DNA from: Thraustochytrium aureum
Taxonomy: Eukaryota
NCBI GenBank assembly: GCA_012862495.1
Contig: BLSG01000182.1
Coordinates: 153,889 to 186,934, forward strand
Direction of reading: 5' to 3'
Length of the DNA stretch: 33,046 nt
Shown in pieces: positions 10,688 to 22,088 of the stretch. A program made the translations under genes and the position numbers. Numbering within the stretch: the first letter of the stretch is position 1; every line of letters begins with the position of its first letter. Below the pieces are notes generated by a model that had not been told where the DNA came from, did no database searches, and saw only the letters and a list, made by a program, of their open reading frames with translations.

Positions 10688-11609
10688 NNNNNNNNNNNNN
10701 NNNNNNNNNNNNNNNNNNNNNNNNNNNNNNNNNNNNNNNNNNNNNNNNNNNNNNNNNNNNNNNNNNNNNNNNNNNNNNNNNNNNNNNNNNNNNNNNNNNN
10801 NNNNNNNNNNNNNNNNNNNNNNNNNNNNNNNNNNNNNNNNNNNNNNNNNNNNNNNNNNNNNNNNNNNNNNNNNNNNNNNNNNNNNNNNNNNNNNNNNNNN
10901 NNNNNNNNNNNNNNNNNNNNNNNNNNNNNNNNNNNNNNNNNNNNNNNNNNNNNNNNNNNNNNNNNNNNNNNNNNNNNNNNNNNNNNNNNNNNNNNNNNNN
11001 NNNNNNNNNNNNNNNNNNNNNNNNNNNNNNNNNNNNNNNNNNNNNNNNNNNNNNNNNNNNNNNNNNNNNNNNNNNNNNNNNNNNNNNNNNNNNNNNNNNN
11101 NNNNNNNNNNNNNNNNNNNNNNNNNNNNNNNNNNNNNNNNNNNNNNNNNNNNNNNNNNNNNNNNNNNNNNNNNNNNNNNNNNNNNNNNNNNNNNNNNNNN
11201 NNNNNNNNNNNNNNNNNNNNNNNNNNNNNNNNNNNNNNNNNNNNNNNNNNNNNNNNNNNNNNNNNNNNNNNNNNNNNNNNNNNNNNNNNNNNNNNNNNNN
11301 NNNNNNNNNNNNNNNNNNNNNNNNNNNNNNNNNNNNNNNNNNNNNNNNNNNNNNNNNNNNNNNNNNNNNNNNNNNNNNNNNNNNNNNNNNNNNNNNNNNN
11401 NNNNNNNNNNNNNNNNNNNNNNNNNNNNNNNNNNNNNNNNNNNNNNNNNNNNNNNNNNNNNNNNNNNNNNNNNNNNNNNNNNNNNNNNNNNNNNNNNNNN
11501 NNNNNNNNNNNNNNNNNNNNNNNNNNNNNNNNNNNNNNNNNNNNNNNNNNNNNNNNNNNNNNNNNNNNNNNNNNNNNNNNNNNNNNNNNNNNNNNNNNNN
11601 NNNNNNNNN

Positions 11610-14329
11610 GACGAGCGCGCCGATGGATATTCCCGCTCGCAGCGGGTGGTGAGCTCCGTGCTGATATACGGCGGGCTTGTCGCGATTTCGCTGAGCGTGT
11701 ACTCGTTGGCGCGCAAGTCGTGGCCCGGCGTGATGGTTCCGCGCGGCGTCAACCCGCTGCGCGGCATGCGGGCCATGTCCGCCGCGCCAGGGCAAATACA
11801 CGCTGCGCGCGAAACCGCTAGACAAGCTGCAGCGCGAGCCCGCAGCTTTTGCGGCTGGTGCATGTGCCTCGAGCTAGACCTGTCATGGTCGTGGAAGGCC
11901 CTCGCGTACCGAGAAAAGGACCTGATTCGACTCTGCGGCATGGACGGCTATCTCCTGGTCCGCGTCGTGCGCTTTTGCTGGGCGCTGATGAGCGGCTACT
12001 GCCTCGTTGCCCTCATCTGCCTCTTCCCGGTCTACTATGCTGCAGCAGTCTCCGAGGCCTGCGCTCTGATCTGCGCAGCGCGCGAGGACCCCAGCGCTAG
12101 CGCGCGCGAGGCGTGGGAGTCGGAAGCGACTTGCGTGTGCGGGCCGATCGACCGCGCGAGTATGGCCACGCTCGGGCCAGGCTCCACGGCGCTCTGGACC
12201 CCGGTCGTCGTGAGCTACCTCCTGACCGCGATGACGTTCTACCTCGCTCGCCTAGAGTACCAGGCNNNNNNNNNNNNNNNNNNNNCCTCGGGGGCGCCGC
12301 GCTCGAAGACCAGAGGAAGACGAGTACGTCGGCACCGATTCCTCAGGACACGGGCGGCGCCGGCGTCGGAAGCAGCGACGAAGAAGCTGCAGTTCAGATC
12401 CCAGGCGTTGGTGCCGGTGCCGCGGACAACGAGGCTCCCGAGGACACCGCGGGTTTCAACCTGCGCAAGGTCGCGAAAGCTGGTCTCGGCCGGCCGTCTC
12501 CACCGGTGCACTCGCACGCCCATGGCCGCAAAGCAAACGGGGTCCGCTCGCTCAGCGGCGAGGCTGGGGGCGGCGACCCGCGGGCCTACCCTTCTGCGCA
12601 GTCCCACGGTCACGCGCAAGAGGTCCACCACAAGGCAGATGCGGATCGCGAACGCGAGGAGGCAGCGTTGGGTTTGCTCGGAACGGGAGGCGGGTCGGCC
12701 CGCTCCCAGCCGCCAGATCCCAAAGAGAAGGCCGCCGAGCGGGCCTTCCTGACGGCCGCGTTCGTCACGTTTCGAACACTGAGCGCGAGCACGGTCGCTT
12801 CGCAGAGCCAGATCGATGACACGTCCACCATGCGAGTTCTCCCGGCACCAGAGCCGCTGGATGTGGCGTGGGACAACCTAGGCATGGGCACGCGCTCGCG
12901 GATGTGCAGGCGTATGCTGACAAAGTCTGCCTTCTACCTGATCCTGCTGTTCTGGGGGGTGCTGACCTCTGTGATCGGAGCGAGCACGTCAACGACGGCT
13001 CTGGCGCGTCAGTTCCCCACGCTCCGTGACCTCCTTGCCGAGCACCCGTCGCTATCGCAATACTTGGACCAGCTCGCCCCGCTCGTACTCGTCATGCTGG
13101 TCGGAGTGGTCAACCCGCTCATGGGCCAGCTCGCCAGGTTCGAGGGCCGGGTCTCTGAGAGCGCGGCGGACAAGCGCGCCATGGAGCGGTACTTTGCGTT
13201 TCTGGTGATCCAGGTGTTTTTGTTTTACTCGGTGGCGGGCACCGTGTTCAAGACCTTGGTGGAGATTATCCAGCAGCCCTCAAAGATTGTGGACACGCTT
13301 GGGGCCACCATCCCGAAGAACGCCGCCTTTTACATCCAGTTTGTCATCGTCAAGCTCTTCTGGATGCTCTGCTTTGAGCTGCTCCGGATCGCAGACCTGA
13401 TGCTTGTTGCGATGCGCCGTATTGTGGCTGGCGCGCCGCTCACGGCGCGCGAGCGCCTCTCCNNNNNNNNNNNNNNNNNNNNNNNNNNNNNNNNNNNNNN
13501 NNNNNNNNNNNNNNNNNNNNNNNNNNNNNNNNNNNNNNNNNNNNNNNNNNNNNNNNNNNNNNNNNNNNNNNNNNNNNNNNNNNNNNNNNNNNNNNNNNNN
13601 NNNNNNNNNNNNNNNNNNNNNNNNNNTACCCGAGCCCGATCAACATTCCGTCGACGCTGGCGCAGTCCTTGTTGGTGCTCTTCATTGCTGTGGTCTATGC
13701 GGTGATTCAGCCGCTGATTCTGCCGGCCGCATTTGTTTTTTCGCGCTCGCCAACGTGGTGTACACCACGGTCCTCACTACATCTGCCAAGGTCATGTACG
13801 ACAGCGGGGGGCGGTACTGGTGGCCGTCGGCGTATCGGTGCGTCGTGCTCGCCCTGGTGACGGCGCAGCTCACCCTCATCGGCGTCCTGCTCATCAAGCA
13901 AGGTTTCCGCCAGGCGCTGCCCAGTGGGTGCTCGTGCCGGCCACCGTGTTCTTTGGCTACAAGGTCGAGGGCCGGTACGCCGCCCTTGTCTCGACGCTGC
14001 CCGTGCACCTAGCAGCCAAGATCGATCACAAGCGACGCGGGATGCGCGTCATGCAGGTCCGCCCGGCGGTGTGGCAGTACGGGGCCATCCGCCCCGGGTA
14101 CCGCCACCTCGCTCGGACCGACGTTGTCATCGTGTACTCGTACATGCACCCCGTCCTTGGCGAGGCGGACCGCGCAGAGCCCAACAAATACAACCTGGAG
14201 GCACCGACCTCGCCGAGTCTCGCCGCGGTCCGCGCCTTGCACGCCGCGCACACACAATACGGAGCAATCCCAAGCCCCCTTGCCGACGCCCCACCTGGCC
14301 TTGAGGTGGTCGGCGATCTTGAACCCTGA
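11610..14329 (+). CDS. OSCA/TMEM63/CSC1 (ERD4-like) mechano- or osmosensitive channel; interrupted by two gaps and indels near 13741 and 13920
   Basis: LIRLCGMDGYLLVRVVRF, AAFVTF, PAPEPLDVAWDNL, RYFAFLVIQVFL, LGATIPKNAAFYIQFVI, YAVIQPLILP and YDSGGRYW are typical of the family, with multiple TM segments. Confidence 0.92.
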
Positions 14330-14511
14330 CAACTCTGATACATAGCGGCACCCACGAACCGAACGAGAATGCAAAAATGCAGCGCTTTTGCCGCCAATCA
14401 ACTTGCCATGGGGCTGGTGGGGCTGGTGGGGCGGAGCGGAGCGCCAACCGCAACTCCGGTCGACCTAGGAGTCGTTCGGGCAGCGTGGAAAAGTGGGCCG
14501 ACGAAGTAAAA

Positions 14512-16767
14512 TCAATCATCCTTTCGCCTTAGGTGGTACTCGGCCAGCGCCGCGTCTGAAGCAACGGAGGGCGACCCCGTCAAGAGCTCTTTGCCCCCGG
14601 CAGTTTTCGGGAATGCGATCACGTCTGTGAGGCTTGGCGATTCGCACAAAATGCTAGCGAGGCGGTCGACCCCAAGCGCGATCCCGGCGTGCGGTGGGCA
14701 CCCAAGCGCAAGCGCCTCCAAGAGGTGGCCAAAGCAGTCGTTGACGTGGCTCTCGGCGAGGCCGAGCAGTTCGCGAAACACGTGGCTTTGCAGCTTTGCG
14801 TCGTGAATGCGAACCGACCCGCCAGCAAGTTCCATACCATTGCAAACGAGGTCGTAGTGCTGCCCTCGCACCGCCAAAATGGCCTCAGTAATCCCGTCAC
14901 GGGCGGCGCTATAGCCGGCCACCGTCTCCACGTCTTCCGGTCGAGGCATGGTGAACGGATGGTGGACGGCTTGGAGGCCCGAGGCCAGGCGAGCGTCTGC
15001 GTCTTGGGACCCAGGCTCGCTGCGTTCGAACAGCGGAAAGTCCGTCACCCACATTAGATCTAGACCGCGTTTGCGGGCGGCCAGGGCTGGGACAGACGCG
15101 CCGAGGTCGACGCGACAGCGGCCTAACGCCAGGCACGCTGCGTGCTCAAGCTCGCGCTGCAGCAACGTAGGAGAGCCATTCTGCGCGTTGCAAGCCAGTG
15201 AAACGAGGACAAGGTCGCCCTCCGCCGCGCCAACACACGAGAGGTAGTTCCTCCAGTCGTCTGGAGATGCCCCGATAAGAGCGTCTCGCGCGGCCAGCGA
15301 CGAGGATTTTGTCATTCGCAGTTTGTCGCGGCTGCCCCCCGGCCCGACTTGGACTAGGGCGAGAGCGGCTAGGGCGGTCTCATGCTTGGCGAGGAAAGCA
15401 ACTGCCTCTTTTGCGCTGGGGGCCCACCCCAAGTGCTTGGGCAGGAGGACAGCGCGCGCCGCGGCCCCTCTGAGCGACGACGAGCTCAGCTGCAAAGCAG
15501 CTTCCGAGGCCGAGCTAATCTCGATGCCGAACCTGCGGTCCGGCTTGTCTGATCCGAAACGCGCCACGGCTTGCTCGAAGGGAAGCGTCTCGATCGGCAA
15601 TGCCCCGTTCGACAACAGCCTCTCGTTGCCGGCTATGAGCGTAGCAGGTATCGCCTCTGCCAGCCACTCGGCCACAGCGGCAGGCGAGTCTCCACTGGGC
15701 ACCGAGCAGGAACGTGCGCCCTGCTTGGCGGCCTCGTACGCACCAGCCCACATTGCGCGCAAGGCGGCTTCGGCGGTGTCCATGACGTCGCGAGGGCTGG
15801 CAAAGGACATTTCGATGTCGAGCTGCGTAAACTCGGGCTGCCGGTCTGCGCGCCCTGTCTCGTCGCGAAAGCACTTGGCAACCTGAAAGTACCGGTCCAG
15901 GCCGCCCGCCATAAGAAGCTGCTTGTATTGCTGGGGGCTCTGCGTGAGCGCGTAGCAGGTCCCGGCGGGGAGCTCGCGCGAGGGGACGAGGAACTCGCGC
16001 GCGCCCTCGGGTGTAGACTTGAAGAGTGCTGGGGTTTCTACTTCTACAAAGCCGCGCTCGCCGCGGCTCAGCTCGGTTCGGGCAGCAAGCAGCGCCGCGG
16101 CCCGCACGCGCAGATTCCGCTGCATCCGCACTCCCCGCAGGTCCAGGACGCGGTGCTGGAGCCGGGTCGTCTGCGAGGCAACTTGCGCGAGCTTGTTTCT
16201 CCCGCGCTTGGTCCGCTCGGCTTCGGGGTTGAGAAAGCGTTCGACGGGGATGGCGAGCGGCTTTCGCGCGGCGTTCGCCAGCGTCAGGTTGCTCACAGCC
16301 ACCTCAACAAAGCCGGTCTGCAGCTCGCGGTTGACAAGCTCTGGCGGGCGGGTCCTGACGACCCCTTCGGCCAGAACCACGCTCTCTGGCGCCAGCTCCG
16401 CGGCTTGGTCAGCGAGCGCCGCGTCTTCGATCATGAGCTGTGTCACCCCATACGCGTCTCGTAGGCCCACAAAGCACACCTCGCCCGACCTCCTCACCGA
16501 CTGCACCCACCCGGCCAGCCGCACCATACTCCCAGCATCGCCGCTCCTCAGCGCCCCGCAGTCAGTTGACCTGTCCCTGCAGGCCCGCGCGTCCGTCGCA
16601 GCAGCGGGGATCGCCAAACCCCGGACCTGCGCATTCCAGCAGCCTCCAAACCGTCGCGCCGGGCGCGTGGCTGCGCCGCAATGCACGAGCCGGAAGCGAT
16701 GCATGCCGATACGCTCGGCGCCAGCGGCCGCGAGCGCCGCCAGCAGCCGCCCGCGCGCCGAAGCCAT
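14512..16767 (-). CDS. DARS2: Aspartate-tRNA ligase, bacterial-type (mitochondrial)
   Basis: OB-fold (VRLAGWVQSVR, LRDAYGVTQ), EVETPALFKSTPEGAREFLVP, QSPQQYKQLLMAGGLDRYFQVAKCFRDE, RQPEFTQLDIEMSF, HHPFT and PPHAGIALGVDRL. The Arg/Ala-rich, nearly acid-free N-terminus (MASARGRLLAALAAAG) fits a transit peptide. Confidence 0.96.
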   Translation of the reverse strand: MASARGRLLAALAAAGAERIGMHRFRLVHCGAATRPARRFGGCWNAQVRGLAIPAAATDARACRDRSTDCGALRSGDAGSMVRLAGWVQSVRRSGEVCFVGLRDAYGVTQLMIEDAALADQAAELAPESVVLAEGVVRTRPPELVNRELQTGFVEVAVSNLTLANAARKPLAIPVERFLNPEAERTKRGRNKLAQVASQTTRLQHRVLDLRGVRMQRNLRVRAAALLAARTELSRGERGFVEVETPALFKSTPEGAREFLVPSRELPAGTCYALTQSPQQYKQLLMAGGLDRYFQVAKCFRDETGRADRQPEFTQLDIEMSFASPRDVMDTAEAALRAMWAGAYEAAKQGARSCSVPSGDSPAAVAEWLAEAIPATLIAGNERLLSNGALPIETLPFEQAVARFGSDKPDRRFGIEISSASEAALQLSSSSLRGAAARAVLLPKHLGWAPSAKEAVAFLAKHETALAALALVQVGPGGSRDKLRMTKSSSLAARDALIGASPDDWRNYLSCVGAAEGDLVLVSLACNAQNGSPTLLQRELEHAACLALGRCRVDLGASVPALAARKRGLDLMWVTDFPLFERSEPGSQDADARLASGLQAVHHPFTMPRPEDVETVAGYSAARDGITEAILAVRGQHYDLVCNGMELAGGSVRIHDAKLQSHVFRELLGLAESHVNDCFGHLLEALALGCPPHAGIALGVDRLASILCESPSLTDVIAFPKTAGGKELLTGSPSVASDAALAEYHLRRKDD

Positions 16768-17766
16768 GGCCCCAATCTGCTCTGCCGAAGCCCCTGCGAC
16801 CTTCCTTTGTACCTCTATCCGCACAGTTCTTCCAGGTCAGGCTCGAGAGCGAGTTCTTCAACGCGGCCGAGGCGAGTTGTTCTCGCGTGCTCGAGCTAGC
16901 TACTAGAGTACTCGAGCATGTACTCTAGCTCGAGTATCGTTTCAGCAGCACCATCGCCAGCAATAGCAGCAGCAGCAANNNNNNNNNNNNNNNNNNNNNN
17001 NNNNNNNNNNNNNNNNNNNNNNNNNNNNNNNNNNNNNNNNNNNNNNNNNNNNNNNNNNNNNNNNNNNNNNNNNNNNNNNNNNNNNNNNNNNNNNNNNNNN
17101 NNNNNNNNNNNNNNNNNNNNNNNNNNNNNNNNNNNNNNNNNNNNNNNNNNNNNNNNNNNNNNNNNNNNNNNNNNNNNNNNNNNNNNNNNNNNNNNNNNNN
17201 NNNNNNNNNNNNNNNNNNNNNNNNNNNNNNNNNNNNNNNNNNNNNNNNNNNNNNNNNNNNNNNNNNNNNNNNNNNNNNNNNNNNNNNNNNNNNNNNNNNN
17301 NNNNNNNNNNNNNNNNNNNNNNNNNNNNNNNNNNNNNNNNNNNNNNNNNNNNNNNNNNNNNNNNNNNNNNNNNNNNNNNNNNNNNNNNNNNNNNNNNNNN
17401 NNNNNNNNNNNNNNNNNCACAGGAACGTGGGACGAGCAGCCGAGGACTTGGTGTGCGCCGTTCATTCTGATGATGGTAGAATTCTGGTGCGCGCGGCAGA
17501 TGCGGCTGAGTTCTCGAACCAGCGGCGGAGGCCGGCCCAGAACACGCAACGCGGGGTTGGCAGGAGATGGTACAGTGTCGATCCGAACAGCTCAAGAGGC
17601 AGTGGCGAGGACCAAGTTGCGATCTTTGCAAATGCTCACTTCAGTAAACCACACACTGCTGAAGCGAGCGCATTGTGCTCGAGGTCGCTGGCTCTAGCAA
17701 TTCTTGGGCATCCGCGCTTCCAGCGGAAACCCTGGCCGATGAGCCGCCCATGCTAGTGAAGCGCGG

Positions 17767-19684
17767 TCAGCGCGGCGACTTGGCCGACGGCTCGTCAGCG
17801 ACGGATGCTTGCGCTCGGGTTCGCTTCCCGAGAAAGGCACGCCGCGGCTGCAGCGCCCGCTTGCGGAAAGACTCGGGAAGATGCGAGGCGCACCACTTGA
17901 GAGGAAGGCTCTCCGGCGAGCGCCGATATGCAGCGTTCGAGCAATCCGCAATCTCGCACTGTGCTTGCGCATAAATCAAGCTAAGCTGAGTCGGGACTTT
18001 GATCGTTGTCTCACAACTCTCGCTTGCGCTTGGCACCAGGTTTTTGGTTGGTGCGCTGCTGGGCCGATGTGCATGGCACCAGAGGACCGACAAGGCGTCG
18101 CCATCCCCCAAAACGAGCTCGTTTACGCAGTCCGAGACTTTGCAGCGACGGGCAACAAAACCTTCCTCTGCTCTACTCGAGGCATGCTGCGTGCTGCCGT
18201 TCGGGAGTCCAGGTTCAGGTTGAGCCCTATCGCCCTCTCCTGCGCACGTCTTTTGGTAGCTCTCCGAGAGCGCCGGGCGATGCGATTTGCACCACAGCAA
18301 CCGCGAGCCTCCGATTTCGCCAAATTCGACCTTGTCTGTGCAGCCTTTTATTTTGCAGCGGCGGCTGAAACTCTTTGCGCCTGCTGGCGCGTGCCGCTTG
18401 CACCACATTGCGCTGCCGTTCTGAAACCCAAACGAAGGCCACGTGACGCAGCCGTCCGCAACGCAAACTTTGCAGTGCGAAATAGCGCCGACTGGTCGGT
18501 GAAGCGAACACCATCTCTTCGGCAGGCCTTTGGCTTCGTTGCAGGTGGCGAACTTTGAGCAGTTTTCTGTCTCACAGCGGCGGCTTACAACATCTTTTGC
18601 GCCGCTAGGAGCGTGCCCCTTGCACCACCTCGCGCGAGCGTTTGTCAACCCAAAAGAAGGCCACGTCTCGCAGCCATCGTGCTCGCAGGTTTTTTGATTT
18701 GTAATGGCGCCCTCTGGGCGATGCAGTTTGCACCAGGTTTTCGGCATGCCTTTGCCTTCAAAGTAGAGGGCCTGCTTTGTGCAGCTCGCGACTATGCACC
18801 GGCGGCTAACAATGTCCACCGCGCCAGGAGGTGCGTGCGCCCGGCACCACCTCGCGCGGCCGCTCGGGAACCCAAACGACGGGCTCGTCTCGCAGACGTC
18901 CCCTTCGCATTGCTTCGCATTGGTTATCGCGTCTTTGGGGCGATGTGCTCGGCACCATCGCTTCGGCTGGCCTGCGCTTTCCCTGCAATTGGCTAGCTTG
19001 GTGCAGCCGTTGACTTCGCAGCGCCGACTCACAACATCCGTCGCGCCGCTCCGGGGCGTGCGCCTTGCACCATGTCGCGCGGGAATTTGGCAGCCCAAAA
19101 GAAGGCCATGTGCTGCAATTTGCCTCCGCGCAGCTCCTTTTCTTTGCTTTGGCGCCAGTCGGGCGATGCTCTGTGCACCAAATCTTCGGCGTGCCTCTGC
19201 CTGTGTTGCAACTGGCAATCTCTGCGCAGCCCTCGACGCAGCAACGCCGACTCACGACATCGATTGTGCCTACGCCTGCGTGCGATCCGCACCACGTCGC
19301 GCAGGCGTTCGGGAGTCCAAACTTTGGCACGTGGCTGCATCCAGCGCTAGCGCATTTTTTTCGTTGCGGTTTCTTGGCGCCGTCTGGCCCCGGGTCAGAG
19401 TGACACGGCAAGCCATCGCCTGGTCTGCCAGGGGTCACCTCGATGTGGCCTGCTGCTGTTTCGCAGGTCGCGGTGCCGTGCGCCACGGCATCTTGAGGTG
19501 TGGTAAGCGTGCACCACCTCGTGCTGCCCTGGGTCAGGGCGAGCGAAGGCCGCGCGCCGCAGCCTACATCTGCACAAAGGTCTCCCCGCTCCCGCGCTTG
19601 CGAGTCCCAGCACTCGCCCTGTTGTCCTGCAACGCCCAGTGGAAGACGCCAGTGGTCCCATGGACCGTTGCATGCTGACTCCAT
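17767..19684 (-). CDS. EsV-1-7-like cysteine-rich repeat protein, about 13 repeats of ~37 aa; 1-nt insertion near 19051
   Basis: Repeated C-x4-C-x15/16-WC-x2-H units, e.g. KTCEHDGCETWPSFGLTNARARWCKGHAPSGAKDVVSRRC, matching the recalled EsV-1-7 motif (C..GC...PSFG......C..H...G.VDV.S.RC). The two ORF-track frames join at WCKAHAP[fs]SGATDVVSRRC. Confidence 0.85.
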
Positions 19685-20843
19685 CGTGACGAGGAAAGTT
19701 GGCGAGACCGCTGAGCGAGTCGCCGAGCTTCCTCGCGGTGCGCGGCCTCCGCCACGGCAAAGCCAAGCCGCCAAAGCAAAGCCAAGCCGGAGGCAAGTCG
19801 GAGGCGGCTCGGCTTGACGGCCGCAGCGCGACCTTCAACGTGCTCTGCTGCCGCGCCACAATGAGTGAGCTCTGTTCTGAGACGTCNNNNNNNNNNNNNN
19901 NNNNNNNNNNNNNNNNNNNNNNNNNNNNNNNNNNNNNNNNNNNNNNNNNNNNNNNNNNNNNNNNNNNNNNNNNNNNNNNNNNNNNNNNNNNNNNNNNNNN
20001 NNNNNNNNNNNNNNNNNNNNNNNNNNNNNNNNNNNNNNNNNNNNNNNNNNNNNNNNNNNNNNNNNNNNNNNNNNNNNNNNNNNNNNNNNNNNNNNNNNNN
20101 NNNNNNNNNNNNNNNNNNNNNNNNNNNNNNNNNNNNNNNNNNNNNNNNNNNNNNNNNNNNNNNNNNNNNNNNNNNNNNNNNNNNNNNNNNNNNNNNNNNN
20201 NNNNNNNNNNNNNNNNNNNNNNNNNNNNNNNNNNNNNNNNNNNNNNNNNNNNNNNNNNNNNNNNNNNNNNNNNNNNNNNNNNNNNNNNNNNNNNNNNNNN
20301 NNNNNNNNNNNNNNNNNNNNNNNNNNNNNNNNNNNNNNNNNNNNNNNNNNNNNNNNNNNNNNNNNNNNNNNNNNNNNNNNNNNNNNNNNNNNNNNNNNNN
20401 NNNNNNNNNNNNNNNNNNNNNNNNNNNNNNNNNNNNNNNNNNNNNNNNNNNNNNNNNNNNNNNNNNNNNNNNNNNNNNNNNNNNNNNNNNNNNNNNNNNN
20501 NNNNNNNNNNNNNNNNNNNNNNNNNNNNNNNNNNNNNNNNNNNNNNNNNNNNNNNNNNNNNNNNNNNNNNNNNNNNNNNNNNNNNNNNNNNNNNNNNNNN
20601 NNNNNNNNNNNNNNNNNNNNNNNNNCTATGTTCGTCGGGCTTCCGTTGCCGTTTGGGCTCTGTGACGATGCTGGCGCGCGGCAGACACGCAACGGCAGCG
20701 GGCTCTACGCGGCTCTCGCAGCAGCTGCTGCAGGCACGCAACGCCGGCCAGGCTGCTGGCTGAGGACGCAAGCGGGTCCGCTCGTCCGCGTTGTTTTGCC
20801 CCGTGCGCGCAGCGGCTGCGAGGTCGCGGGCTTGCGAGGCGCG

Positions 20844-22088
20844 ATGGTCCTGCCTGCACTCGAGGCGGAGCGGGCGATCGAAGCCCTGGAGGCGCGACGC
20901 ATTGAGGAGGTGGGGTCGCCGGAATGGATGAAACAGCATGTCGTGCTGCAGAAGCTCAACCTGCAGGCGCATGAGAGCGTGCAGAGCAATGCAGAGAACT
21001 TTGTGCTGGAAGGGCTCGTGACGCACGACAAGCTCGGGCTGCTGATTCACGAGCTTGTCGTGATCGAAGCCTGGCGCGAAATGGTGCTGAGCGACCCAGC
21101 GGTCCTCGAGCACGTAGCAACAAACTTCTCCATCCGGGGCTACCACGCGGCGTTCCAAGAGGCAGCCATCTGCAACCTGCTCGAAGTGGTGCTCTACCAC
21201 GACTACGCCGCGCAGGCCTGCGGGGACCTCCTGATCGAGCTGGTTGACTACTGCTGCCGCAGGGTCCGTTGGCTCGCGGGACGAAGCGCGCGCGAAAGCC
21301 CCGCGCCGGGCAAAGTGGGCGTTTCCGACATGGGCTCGCCCGAGGCTCAAGTCGGCGAGTTCACGCGCCAGCTCGAGGACCTCGAGTGGCGCTGCTCAGT
21401 GGCCACTGTCTCGGTTCTTCGGTTTCTGTGCGAGCACATCACACAGCTTCCGCTGGGCGTTATGACGCGCATGCTCGACATCCACGATGTACCATGCCTC
21501 GTAATTCCACTGATTGAGAATCCGCCCTGGACCCGGAGGACCGAGTCGGGCTCGTGGGAAAAGCTCAAGGACCAGCGGTGGACCAAAGTGCCGCCACAAG
21601 ACCTTCTCCAGCTGACTGCTCTGGAGGCGCAGCCCTGGCTGATCCTGTTCAACCTGTTGTGCGAGGGCGAAGTGCGCGGCCGGTACCACTTTCACTCGTT
21701 CCGGAAGGACTCGATTCTCCGCGTCCGCAAGTACCTGAACGCGTCTTTGGTCGACCAGCTCCCCGTGCTTGCAGATCTGCAGCGCGCAATGGACGAGCTG
21801 GTCGTCATGGACGCACCGCCGGCCACCGCGTCGTCTGCCCTCGTCATGGAGCAGGTGGCCCAGGTCCGCGACGAGCTCATGCGCAGAACCGATTGGGCGA
21901 CCGTGCGCCGCGACGCGATATGTGTCAACTTTGCGGGCAAGGAGACCAAGGGCGACCCGTTTGTGCTGCAGCTCGCGGGCATGTATGGGGACGAGCACGT
22001 CGAGGCTCTCCTTTCCGGCCCCGGCGAGGTGGACGACGACTCGTTGCAAGAAGAAAAGAGTGCACAGACTGCCGCGCTGAGCGCTGCA
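20844..22088 (+). CDS. ZMYND10: ZMYND10/BLU axonemal dynein assembly factor (C-terminus, including any MYND finger, in gap)
   Basis: EVGSPEWMKQHVVLQKLNLQAH, DKLGLLIHELVVIEAWRE, EAAICNLLEVVLYH, LIELVDYC, LPLGVMTRMLDIHDVPCLVIPLIENPPW, and LVDQLPVLADLQR match ZMYND10. Confidence 0.9.

Noticed and set aside
17418..17756. 109-aa plus-strand ORF after the gap
   Set aside because: No motifs or coding-like bias; cannot be supported.
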